64,000 nucleotides of DNA, from NCBI GenBank assembly GCA_965235115.1, contig OZ249436.1, positions 13,084,001 through 13,148,000 of the forward strand, read 5' to 3'. A program made the position numbers and the translations under genes. Within the stretch, counting starts at the first letter, position 1. Every line of letters starts with the position of its first letter. Of this stretch, positions 27,946 to 40,420 are shown piece by piece. This DNA comes from Laetmonice hystrix (lineage: Eukaryota). The notes under the pieces were generated by a model, which was given only the letters and a program-made list of their open reading frames with translations, made no database searches and had not been told where the DNA came from.

Positions 27946-28422
27946 TCACTGTGCACATTCATATCTTACTATTGCTTAGCAACGGAGCTTAGATGACGCA
28001 GCTGTGTTTTTTTAGATAAAGAGGCATCAGGAACTCCTTTTTTTGAGGCTAGGCACCAGTTAGGGCAATGACATAACTGCTTGGTATCACAAGCTACAGG
28101 GTGACCCCAACCATTGATTTAAAGTGCAAGGAGGTGGCGAAAAGACTTAGGAATAGTATTTTGAGACACAGTCAATACAGAAACGTAAAATCATACAGAA
28201 CCAAATAGTTTTTTCAAAGGAATTAGAAAACACTCTAAATGCGTCTTTTAATGTATTGTTTATCATGTCATCTGCTGCTGCAGAAGTATAAATTTATTCT
28301 GTGATTAGTATGCTTTGGGCACGACTGTGTAAGTATGTATTTTACTTCTGAGAATGAAAAATTCACGCCACAATTTATGATAGAGTACTTTCTTATGAGA
28401 AAGAAGGACATCATAGACATAG

Positions 28423-28642
28423 TCAGTTCTCTGAGCACTCTCCTCCACATAAAGACAGGGAAGTGCATTACAGAGCAGCCCTCTTGCATTTGCATAGATA
28501 CGGGCCACAGCAAAGTAGCTCATGGTTTTGCTTCTTCAGGAAGTGTTGTCCAGTTTGAATGGTGCAGTCCGTCTAACTCTCCACTCTTCATCCATCCCAA
28601 GGTAAGAGGCGAAGGAAGCTCAGGTGCAGAACCCTGTGTCTA
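28423..28642 (-). pseudogene. Academ-like transposase C-terminal fragment (Cys-rich tail), decayed
   Basis: Minus strand reads ..NWTTLPEEAK..ELLCCG..LCKCKRAAL*CTSLSLCGGECSEN* with stops and frameshifts. Confidence 0.75.
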
Positions 28643-28689
28643 GTATGAGTACCAGCTAGATTTGTCATACTCATGTACAGCTGCACTTC

Positions 28690-29010
28690 ACTTATGTCAA
28701 TGAAACCATAAAAAAATGTTCCCAAAGAAGATATCACCACTCCAGCAGCAATTCCGTCTAACTATGCAACACGTCAGGAGAGCTGCCTAACAAGCTGGGC
28801 ACATGGGGTCAGACACAGGATTCCGCACAGGTCTGAGCTTTCTTCGCCTATTACCTGGCCGTGGGGATGGATGAAGAATGGAGACGGACTGTTATCCAAA
28901 CTGGACAACCCTTCCTGAAGAAGCAAAAGCACCAGGAGCTGCTTTCCTGTGGCTGCAAAAAGGGATGCCGCATCTTATGCAAATGCAAGACGGCATGCAA
29001 ATGCAAGGGG
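28690..29010 (+). pseudogene. Academ-like transposase C-terminal fragment, decayed
   Basis: Across frameshifts reads MQHVRRAA*QAG..WGQ..PWGW..YPNWTTLPEEAKA..ELLSCGCKKGCRILCKCKTACKCKG. This fits the H..RA.YQ / WGW / Cys-rich pattern I recall for the AcademX C-terminus. Confidence 0.8.
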
Positions 29011-29490
29011 ACAATTCTCCCCCAGACATTTGCCCCCCTAGAACTCCTACCCCTCTAGGACATCTGCCCCCCCCCCCCGACATTCACCCCCCGGACATTA
29101 GCCCCCGTAGGACTTCTGCTCCTCTAGGAAATCTGCCCCTATACATTAACCCCCGGAGTACTTCTGCCCCCTTGGGACCCTAACCTAACCCTAACCCTAA
29201 CCCTAACTCTACTCTAACCCTGTCCTAACCCCTCCGCGCAGGCACAGGTGTGTGGGGAATATCCGAGTTCCATGGATGCAATCTCCGGGGGTGAATGTCT
29301 GGGGGGCAGATGTCCTAGAGGGCCAAAAGTTCTACAGGGGCTAATGTCGGGGGGGGGGGGAGGGGTGAATGTCTGGGGGTGAATGTCGGGGGGGGGGCTC
29401 ATGTCCTATAGGGAGGCAAAGGTCCTACGGGGGCTAATGTCTGGGGGCAGATATCCGGGGCAAATGTCCAGGGGAGAGTGCCCTGATACC
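29008..29490. mobile_element. Foldback-like non-autonomous element with (TAACCC)n core
   Basis: Left half has repeated GGACAT...CCCCC units, right half has complementary GGGGG...ATGTC units, and the centre (~29180-29230) is TAACCC-like repeats. It starts where the plus-strand transposase fragment stops. Confidence 0.7.
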
Positions 29491-29526
29491 ATCATCATTC
29501 ATGGTAATTGGTGTAATTTCAGGGCT

Positions 29527-30666
29527 TTTTTTTAGCCCCCAGAACGGGGGGCTTATAATTCGCCCTCCGGCGGCCATATTTGTTTCTTGACCCCCACAAT
29601 GACACTGCTTTGGCTTATATCTCGAAAACGGCGCAAGCTTGACGCAATAGTTACTACTATTTTCATTGCAAGATAATGCAAGATAAGGCAATAATTACTA
29701 TTATTGACAGATAGGAAGTGGTATATGAAGTTTCATTTAGCGCCATTTTCCATGACCTTGAGCGACCTTGAAATGTCAATCAAGGTCATGCATATTTTCA
29801 ATAGCCTGGATCTTCAAAACAGTTAAAGATAACGACATAATCTTGCATGAAACATTAACTAATGATCCGGGACAGTCCACGGATGAGGCAGGTCAAAGAT
29901 ATTTTTGACATCAGTCAAAATGGCCGCGTGGTGGCCATCTTGGATATAATCACATTTGGAGCAATAACTCGAAAAACTATACCGATTTCTTTCAAATTTG
30001 GCGGAAAGGAGGTGCATATGAGGGGCAATGTATATGGCAATGTATTCCCAGATCAGAGCAAATATGGCGACATTGCGGCCACATTGATATTTTTACTCCC
30101 CCCAATAACACTGTTTGGGCTCATATCTCGAAAACGGTGCAAGATAAGGCAATAATTACTATTATTGACAGATAGGAAGTTTCATTTGGCACCATTTCCC
30201 ATGACCTTGAGCGATCTTGCAAGGGCAATCAAGGTCATGCATATTTTAATGGCCTGTACCGCCAAACCAGTTGAAGATAACAACATCTAATCTTGCATGA
30301 AACATTGCATAATAACCAGGGACAGTCTACGGAGGACACATGTCAAACATATATTAAAAAATGGTTGCTTGGTGACCATCTTGGTTATGAAAAAATTCGA
30401 GGCAATAACTCTGACATTTTCAGGACTTCGTTCTTGGTGACAGAAGACATGAAGGTCAACCTCCAATTGCATATTTGCAATTGTCTGTATCTACAAAACA
30501 CTTCATATCGCATAACGCTATCAAACTGTACATAACTGCATAGTTACTAAGATGCAGACGAAGTACATACGAAGTTTCATTTCAATTTTTCTTTGCCCCT
30601 CAAAGATCATCGTTTCTTCAAGAATCCATAGTTCTTAGTGGGGGCTATAAGCTTTACAAGCTTGTT
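29527..30666 (+). mobile_element. Helentron-associated non-autonomous element (HINE/DINE-like)
   Basis: 5' end in a T-run: TAGCCCCC with nearby inverted GGGGGGCT. 3' end GGGGGCTATA followed by hairpin AAGCTT-TAC-AAGCTT and GTT. Two diverged internal repeats (~29597-29880, ~30104-30330) contain GACAGATAGGAAGT and CATGACCTTGA...CAAGGTCATG. Confidence 0.78.
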
Positions 30667-33600
30667 AGATATTAAAATATTCATGTATTTTGTTCTTGTC
30701 CTGTCGTTGGAAGATATCTTTTCGTCACTCCCTCGCACTTTAATTACAGGTCGGAGTCACTCTGTTGCTTATTGCTGATACATTTGCCTACAACTGGACG
30801 CAGAATTTCAGACATAGATTTTTGCAAAGCTATTAGTGCATTACACAATTTCCCTAATTGGTGCCTAGCCTCATATAAGGAGTTCCTAATGCCTCCTTAC
30901 CTTAAAAAAACACAGCTGCGTTATCGAGCTCCGTTGCTAGGTAACTAAGATTACACATGACTACAGTTGCACTGGACATCGTTTTTGTCTGATTTTTCTG
31001 CTCAAAGCTACATTTATTAGGTTGGGGTAGCCCGTTGCTAAGGAAGTCTCAGACCCAAGGTCAGTTGCTAGGCAACGGGCTGGTTTTATGGAATAATTGA
31101 TGTTACCATGTTAACCCATGATGTGACTTTAGTGTGGGTAGGTGTGTTTCTTTTTCTCCTTGGAACCATATGAGGCCAGTTGCTAAGCATGTTACTGTTG
31201 CTAGGCTACAGGCTGCTGTTATGGAATGACTAATGTTACCAGGTTAACCGGTGATACGACTTTAGTGTGGGTAGGTGTGTTTCTTTTTCTCCTTGCAGCC
31301 ATATGAAGCCAAGCAAAGCTGATACCAAGTCGCGTAGTTATGTCATTTTCCTAACTGGTGCCCAGCTTCATATAAGGAGGATTCCTGATGCCTCTCTATA
31401 TGAAGAAAACCCCCCAACTGAGTCATTCAAGCTCCGTTGCTAGGCAACAGTAAGACTACACATGTATGTAAATGAACTGTAAAACACTGGACATCGTCTT
31501 ATTATGATTTCTCTACTGAAAGCTACATTTTTCAGGATGGGGTAGCCCGTTGCTAAGGAGGTCTCACACCCAAGATCTGTTGCTAGGCAACGGGCTGGTA
31601 TTATGGAATAATTGATGTTACCATGTTAACCCATGATATGACTTTAGTGTGCGTAGGTGTGTTTCTTTATCTCCTTGGAACCATATGAGGCCAGTTGCTA
31701 AGCATGTTACTGTTGCTAGGCAACAAAACGCTAAAACAGGCCTCACAGGCAGGATCCAGGATGCCTCCCTATCTTAAATTAAAGAGTATGGTCCCAGGTT
31801 ACTCTGTGAAAATTCTCATGCTTTTATCACAAAATGCACAATTGGTTTGACTATCCGCCCCACTAATATATGATTAATTAGAGGTTCCATTCTGATTGAA
31901 GCTGAATAGTAGTAGTGAATTTATCTTAGCGCCACCTAAAATCTACCATTTCTACATTAAAGAGCTGATAGCAAAGTTAACATAGGACAGAGTTTGATTT
32001 GAGCTATCCAACTCTGCCAGTAATACCGATATATTATTCTGATTGCATGTCGATCGTGCTATGACACGCACCTCCCAACCATCAAAGGTAATACGGAGTG
32101 AAAGACCTAAGGGGATTGAGAGGGACAATCATTGAGCCACTGGGCCCTCATGTCTCCTGGCTGGGTCTCCTGGGGGCTCAGCACACTTTACAGAATAACA
32201 GTTTCACGATGGCTGAAAGGAACTTCAGCCAGTATAGTGGTCAGAAAGGTGAATGTACTTTTTTTTACAATACAGATAGAGTTCGCTACATGGAGCATTA
32301 AGTTGCCGATAAGTACAGCACTTAGTGGCAACCGTGGAAACCTTAATGGTCTCAGAAAGCAAACAGCAGCAGTCTTTATACATCAGACACGTAAATCCCA
32401 CGTCCCATTGCCTCCTGGTTGGAGTTTTAGTCCCTGCAATGCAGCTGCAGGTTTTTATTAACTATAGTGGGGAATATCGCATGTTATCTGCACCTGCAGC
32501 TCTCAGAGCCTGAAGTTGGGACACCACGAAAGCGGTTCAAGTGAATGGAAGAAGGGGCACTGAATAATTCTATCTCAGAGTCTCATGTCGACGTCTCCAT
32601 AATTTTACCCCAGTCTTACCCCGATGTAACTCCATTTTGACCGCATTTACCTAATCAATTTCATTTCGGGGCCAGCGTGGCGGCGAAATAAACAATTTAT
32701 TCTTGTATTGCAATTATGTTCCTATTTTTTAAACAAAAAAAAATGTTCCTGAAATTAAATATTTCATAACTCCTGTGAACGTGATTAAATGCCAGTGCAC
32801 GCTTTAGAGTTTTCAATTATCTGCAGGAACTTCTTGTGTCGGGAACTATTTCCAATTACACGATAACCACATAATAAAGGAAAATAATTCACGCATCTTA
32901 GAAAAACAACACCTTTAAAATTATTTTCAGGTTTGGTTTCTTTCATGCCACTTTTCCAGGCTGTTTTCAGACCATTATGATTATCAGAACATGCGTTTTC
33001 ATGCACCGGGCTGACTGAATTCCAAGAATTATTTAAAAGGTGCCACGTGGCCATGCATTACTGAAAACTGAACCAGTGAGAGACCATGAACTAATTCTTG
33101 TATGAAAACTATAGGCACTGTCGTCATAATGATACAATCTTTCAGCAACTAACTCAATGCTCCGTAGCTATGCAGATTTAGCTTGTGCTGGTGGCCAAGC
33201 ACGCGAGCGGTGCCACGGCTTGGTGACCCATATAGATTCCGATGACGAGTCAGCATGACACATGCAACACTTACCTCTAAGAAGACTGTGACTGCACACA
33301 GTTCTTTACATTGTGAGGTGCGGCAAAATCATCCTGGTGACGACATCATGGCAATCAACTCAACATCCATGTCTGCATCTGAAACATACACACCGTGAGG
33401 TGACTTATGGCAAATATCAAAGTAACATTTCTACGATAGATCGCTTCAATGTTCGAATAACACGTACATGAGCCAGTATAATTAAGCTCTAATTAACTAC
33501 TTTTTAGTAGTTTTTTTTCTCATAGGAACTCAGGCAACCATTCTTCAATGAGCAAGATTTTCATAACGGAAGGGGATACTCAGTAGAAAACAGTAGTACA

Positions 33601-34697
33601 CCTAGACTCTGATAGATCTTCAATAAAATGACATTTATATCTGGAATGTTATAGGCCTATCATTTGCTCGGTACATAAGATTCTGGTAGTATAAGTTTCA
33701 AGGTGGAAAACCATATTCTATGGCATGGGTGCAGAATTCACGTTCACAATATCCCATGTGTTGCTCATCGTACACTCCTTCCGATAGCTAAGGTTGGCTT
33801 TACATATATGAATAAGGTTTAAAACACTGGCTAAATAGGACTGTTGCAACAGAAGTTGGGAAGATTTCGAAGGTTGTTGATAATACTGTACCTACAATGT
33901 AAGCCGGTACCGATTCATAGTGTTTGTACGAAAGCTAATGGGATTTAAGCTCCCATTCCAAGGAAACCTGCGAATGTAACAACCTATCGAGCCGAGGAGG
34001 GGGCTGCATTCATACATATACATGCAATAAAATGCCTCGAGCTATAATGACCTCTCTAGAAGCTGGTTAAAGGCCCTGGTGGTCATGATCGAACATGCAA
34101 AGCACACTTGAGGCCCGGGTCCTGCATAATGAATGGCTGCGAGCTTGTACGCCACGGTCAGTTGGCTGCTTAACGCCAACTCTTATCTGCTCTCTCCTCG
34201 CTCTCCCCTCAATCCCCGCAGACCGCGTGATTGTCGCAAAAATACGGCTGGTACTAATATTCGATCACCGCCAGCATTCAGGCAGGGTGGGGTGGGGGTG
34301 GGGGTGGGGGTGGGGCAGATTCCATTCCGGCATACAGTCTACCATGACGAGAATTGGAAGCGATCCTTGACAGCCCCCCCCCCCCAGGTGGTGTGTTAAC
34401 CGAACGAACACCGCGACCCAACCTCAGCGACAAAGCCGCCAAGGAAAAGGTTAAGAATTACTTTAGTTACGCCGTCAAAGAACACCTACCAACATTTCAC
34501 TGCCTTGTGCCCTTTCAACACAGTACGATCCTGCTGCAGGGTCACTCTGCCTCGTTCTTTGAAATGCCAGTTATAAAGACCGACCTCCGTCATTGGCCTC
34601 ACTATTAATGTCCTTGCGTGCAGTCGGTTATAAGGTGACAAAGGTCTTTTAACTGCTCTAGAAACGACACTCGATACACACCTAACAATGGGGACAC

Positions 34698-34806
34698 TAC
34701 GAAAGCCCATAAGGCTCATTCAAAATTTAAAATTGAACTTCAAAATTTGAATTTTATATTTTGAAGTTCAATTTTAAATTTTGAATGAGCCTTCTGGGCT
34801 TTCGTA
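34698..34806. mobile_element. 109-bp palindromic MITE with 6-bp TSD (IS3EU-like)
   Basis: Arms of ~48 bp are near-perfect inverted repeats (TACGAAAGCCCA...TGGGCTTTCGTA). GGACAC is duplicated at 34692-34697 and 34807-34812. TAC..GTA ends with 6-bp TSD resemble IS3EU. Confidence 0.85.
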
Positions 34807-36995
34807 GGACACGTCTTGTGTCCAGCGCATCCATAGGTACTCATCTATATCGGCCCTTATACCATTTGCAAGTTAAGACCTGGACATATGTGGCTGAGGT
34901 ACGTTACATAAGGATACTGTTACTGATAAGGTATTTCAGCTTCTCTTTCAGATTCTGGACGCAGAGAAGCTCAATCTAAAATTTCACTTAAGATAAAGTG
35001 TCTTAGATTGATGCTGGTATAACGAAGACATGGCGCGCCAATTTTACTCGTCAGCTATACCTAACTCCACAGCACGCTGCCTGAGCTGGTAAAAAGGAAC
35101 ATAATGATGCTTGACTCTGGTTGTGCATGCCACATGCACGAAATATGTTTCTTTACCGACAGTATAGCATCACAGATCATATTACTTTGGTTGTGTACTT
35201 AAGCAACGCATTTGATGTACATTTGTTGTTGTTATTTCCAGGAATAATTATCTGAAGACCGTCAGTATTTATACATTTACACTCGTTTGGTTCATTCTGA
35301 TAATATATCAAACTCAGGACATTGTAGTATAACGTCAGCTTGGTAAGACCTGCATCTATCTATCCAATGTTGATTGACTAAAATTATACAATGAAAACCT
35401 TTCAATTATAACTTACGGTACACTTGGTTATCAGCCACTATTTTCACTTGGCCAGATGCCAAAACCTGGCTGTCCCAACGACTGCTGCGGAGAGTCGGCG
35501 GTAACAAGGAGAATTCTGACATAGTACATAGTAGACGTATAGTATAGCTGCCCTAAAATTGCGTGAATAATGTCAGCATATAGGGCACCCTTAGAGTCTG
35601 GGCGGTTTTCTCATTACCGAAATCCCTGAACTTGTTTAATGAGCCAGCCACTCTATCAGCACCACATCTACATGCATGAAGACCTTCAAAATAGCTACAT
35701 AAAAGGATCTGAACATCGGGGTTGTCTTGGACCGAGACTCCCGTTATAGCGGCAATAAGCCATGCCTACCGGCACTAATTAGGACCTTCCTTTCTCCAGG
35801 TATTTTTCCCCCTTTTTTTCTTGGCAGTCCAGACGGTTAACGAGACTTCAGAGCGGGCTGGCATCCCTTTATATTCACCAGCGTCGCTCAGATCCGCCCC
35901 CGCCCCAATCCCGACCCCCACCCCCACCCCCTGCCATGGCTTACCTTGGCGCTCGCCTCACCAGTCCGCGAACCCCCTGTAGCCATAACGTCAAACAACC
36001 ATATATATTTCTCCAACAGCACCTAGTTGGCCCACAGTGGCTGGGGGTTGTGGAGGCGATATTGCACCGGGTCAGCCAGAGTGGGAATCATGCAAGCATA
36101 CCTCGTATGGTTTATAACTGATGAGCAACACTGCCTCTTGGCAAGTGGTGCTAGGCCTCACATGGACCGATCGTCTCCGCTATCACGGTTTCCTCCTACT
36201 GCTTACAGGAGGTCATGAAGGACATTCTCCCAGTATGACTCTAAACAACAACCTACATACCCAAACTACCGCTCACCTTAACCCGACTGTGTAACCAGTA
36301 TTCAGTATTACCTTCTGCCGACCTTTAGTCGTAGATTTGTAGGTATACAGTGACTAAACAAGGCTGTAAGTATAGGTTGACAGATACAACATGTATATAG
36401 TTCTAAATACAATTTACAGCTTCATTACGACACCTTAGTGACACTGCCATTTGCACACACACAGACACACACCTACCTGTCTAAGTCTAAGTCTATCATA
36501 CTTGATACAGCAAGCAATATTGATTTATTCTTCGCTAACCATCACATCCTTGAGCATCACACCGTTACCTGTAACAAAGGGTACTTTCACAATACTACTA
36601 CTGCTTCACAGCGGCTGCCCATAGTATATCTCCAAGTACTGTGACACTGAAATAATATCATTAGACAAGCATCAGATGTTTTCTGGAAACAATCTTTATA
36701 ATTCACAGAAGCCTGGCATACATCTATAGCTCCCATTGTGAATCGTCCAAGCTAAGAACCGCAATAATTAAACAATAATTCATTCTCTATCGTTATGACG
36801 TTATTTCTACCTACAAATCGTGTTCAGGAACACACCGAGGCCGTGGGGGTTTGGCAGCTCTGCCGTGCCGAGGCTGACGTCCAACCCAGAGGTTGGCTGG
36901 CCGGTTGGCTGGCTGGCGGGTGGGGTCGGGGCTATCAGAGTGACCAGCTGGTCGGCAGCACGACTCACTAACCTCTTCTCCTCTTACCACGCGCT

Positions 36996-37995
36996 ACCTT
37001 CCCACTAGCCAATCTGGCCGATATCCCAGCGGTTCATTCTATACGGCCACCGTCACCGTCTCTCTGCATACCACCCCTACTCCAAACCTTCCCACTAGCC
37101 AGTCTGGCCGATATCCCAGCGGTTCATTCTATATGGCCACCGTCACCCGCACCTCTCTCTACATACCACCCTTACTTCAAACCTTCCCACTAGCCAGTCT
37201 GGCCGATATCCCAGCGGTTCATTCTATACGGCCACCGTCACCGTCTCTCTGCATACCACCCCTACTCCAAATCTTCCCACTAGCCAATCTGGCCGATATC
37301 CCAGCGGTTCATTCTATACGGCCACCGTCACCGTCTCTCTGCATACCACCCCTACTCCAAACCTTCTCACTAGCCAATCTGGCCGATATCCCAGCGGTTC
37401 ATTCTACGGTCACCGTCACCGTGTCTCTGCATACCACCCCTACTCCAAACCTTCCCACTAGCCAGTCTGGCCGATATCCCAGCGTTTCTACGGCCACCGT
37501 CACCGTCTCTCTACATACCACCCCTACTCCAAACCTTCCCACTAGCCAATCTGGCCGATATACCAGCGGTTCATTCTATACGGCCACCGTCACCGTCTCT
37601 CTGCATACCACCCCTACTCCAAACCTTCCCACTAGCCAGTCTGGCCGATATCCCAGCGGTTCATTCTATACGGCCACCGTCACCGTCTCTCTACATACCA
37701 CCCCTACTCCAAACCTTCCCACTAGCCAATCTGGCCGATATACCAGCGGTTCATTCTATACGGCCACCGTTACCGTCTCTCCATACCACCCCTACTCCAA
37801 ACCTTCCCACTAGCCAATCTGGCCGATATCCCAGCGGTTCATTCTATACGGTCACCGTCACCGTCTCTCTGCATACCACCCCTACTCCAAACCTTCCCAC
37901 TAGCCAGTCTGGCCGATATCCCAGCGGTTCATTCTACGGCCACCGTCACCCGTACTTCTCTCTACATACCACCCCTACTCTAAACCTTCTCACTC
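36996..37995. repeat. ~90-bp minisatellite, ~11 copies
   Basis: Unit CCCACTAGCCA(A/G)TCTGGCCGATATCCCAGCGGTTCATTCTATACGGCCACCGTCACCGTCTCTCTGCATACCACCCCTACTCCAAACCTT starts at 37001, 37091 and so on. Small indels shift the frame. Confidence 0.97.
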
Positions 37996-40420
37996 TCCCA
38001 CTCTCAACGTTCCGACTTGGGCTCTCTCAAACATCTAACATATTTTCTAATTATTTTTGAATTTTTCATCATCAGGGCAACACGACAAAAGTATAGCGAA
38101 GATAAAACATACTGAATAAATACATAGTAAAAAGATACGTCAAATCTATTCTGCCTCCAGACCTTGTCCAGTTCAGGCTGATGTATTACTTACAACTGTA
38201 AACCGTCTGTATTGTTAGCTACCGGTATGTACAGTTGTGAGTGAACTGCCGCATTAAACCATGCTCCAATAACTGAGGGACTCGTACGACAAGGTCGCTT
38301 GACTCCAACGGGTCAAATACCTTGGGAGTTCTAGGGGCGCGGTCAAACGGAGCAGGTGGTCAGAGTCTCACACGTGACACGAGCACTGGCTCCCACCTGT
38401 CATGTGACCTTCTCACCTGGCAGCTGCTGCAGGCATCATGTCCGACATGGACTTCAGACATGGTAACATGACCTTCACAAGGTGAGAATATACATCATAA
38501 GATTACAAACACGACAAATATGTCTGCCTTATAAACAATCAGAGTATCATTGTCTGGGTCGTCGAGATATGAAAGCAGAGACGGCTGGGCGCCCAGCGGT
38601 CGCACTCCATGTAACTCCTCATGTCCTCAATCACTATAATACATCCAATGACAGCTTCTCTGACATATTGTATAGGCTGCTTGCCACGTGACCATCCCTG
38701 TCCTACTTTTTGTATCCACATCGCCATGAACAATGTGTGAGGCCACAGCGGCTAACGTAGAGTCTGCCTGCTCAGATATTTGGTCGCAATCATTGATTTT
38801 GTCCTGTCAGCATTTTACCATGAATCACCTATGATGGATGAGCAAGCTCTGCCTCCGTCACGGCCGAGGCTGCCTAGAACTCGATAACTCTCACCGCATC
38901 AAACACACGCACGCACCAACCATTCAAAAGCGTGTCACTCTACTATAATTGAGAAAAAAAATAGAGAAAAAAAACTGTATACAGACACTACTAATTTAAA
39001 AAGCAAGGACAAGAATAACGACGCACAATTTCCAAAAGTATACCTCTATTCATCTATAAGATCCGCTTTCGTGTTTCGCATGACACGATTTGTTTTTCAC
39101 TTCTCTGAAGTGTTCACGGATTTAATGACCATGCTTGTGTTTTGTGCGATTTATCACTTCCAAATCATCTCTTCTACTCTAGGCAAGATGGCTTCCTGCC
39201 AAGCTAAATGCGATCAGGTTCTCTCATTAATGTAACTCAGACTTGGACATGTTTTACTCTCATGTTCACACTCTTAAATCAATAAAACAAAGCCTAAAAA
39301 GTAATCAATTCACTTAATAAATACGTTTTCTTTACACATGACCTTAAAAACTGGTACTGTCAATTGCTCTAAGATTATGTAAAGTGTTTAACTAATAATT
39401 GATCCTTTAGGGGCACTTTACTGAGTACGATTGATAAGAGTGCTATCCTAACAAAACTATAATTGAAAACTGGAAAAACAGCTCTTTACCTAAAACTTTT
39501 TTAAGCTGGCCGGCTTGAAAGCAATAATAATAAAAATGTCGTGGAACGTATTTGAAGCGAAAATGACCCCTACGAGAATTTTTCTTTGTACTTTGCCAGA
39601 GAAGAGTACAAAGTTAGTCAAATCCAGCTATCAAGTCCAGCTGGAGTGAATGGACTGTTTATTACAACTACCTACCCCGGAAAACGAATGATTACATGCA
39701 CTGTCGCAGGTGCTCCGACACAAAGCAAGGCCAGTTCTTAAGATGCCTGCTGGAAACCTTGATGTCATGGCCCAGCTTAGTCTTAGAATGCATCTGATTG
39801 TTTGGGGGCTCAGCCAACGATAAGTCGGCAGCTTACCCGTTAAAGACAACCCTTGGACCAATCAATACTTCAAGAGCTAGGTTTATTATAAAAATAACAG
39901 GAAACTTAATCCCGCTTGCTGTATTAAATACGGCAGCGTTCCCGGATATGTTCGAATCTGACTAGCCAACGAAAGATCAGCTTACATCAAGGCACCTCAA
40001 TACGCAGCCGCTCGTAACTCATGTTGGTGTTTATGTCATTGTTCCTTGTATTCTGAGGCTACATTCTTTATCAAGTTGTTTGAAGCGTGCACTTTTCTGA
40101 CCAGTAAAGCTTTAAAAAGAAAAAAACATTTTTTATTAAGTACAATTATCTTTATTTCCTGAAATTCAAATCTTGTTATAGTTAAATAAGGGCTGTCCGT
40201 TAAATACTACCATCAACTTTATGGAGTTCTATAGGAAGGGACATAGACCCGGGACATAGACCTACCTCCACTGGGATAAAACTTTTACATGTCAGTATAG
40301 TCAAGCTCCAATTAGTAACCAGAGAGCGGGAGCAGGATTTCTATGGTAAATGCATCCATGCATCCACTCCTGTCGAGTGATGGCATGAGGCACCGGTCCA
40401 ACTACACCTCCAGCATGGGC

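Larger units (their letters stand above)
26696..31865. mobile_element. Non-autonomous Academ-type DNA transposon with long inverted arms and nested insertions
   Basis: Left end TAGTGGGGCAGATA, right end TATCCGCCCCACTA, and ATA on both flanks (26693-26695, 31866-31868) as a 3-bp TSD. 26696-27360 is the near-identical reverse complement of 31211-31865, and similarity continues inward (27360-27470 plus 27951-28075 versus ~30850-31075). Internal decayed transposase C-terminus. TAG..CTA ends with 3-4 bp TSD match the Academ superfamily. Confidence 0.88.

Noticed and set aside
37133..37813. 226-aa ORF in the 90-bp array
   Set aside because: The peptide switches register midway because of indels that are not multiples of 3, so the frame is not maintained.
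39181..39200. miR-31-like start AGGCAAGATG
   Set aside because: Diverges after 10 nt and has no precursor-length hairpin.
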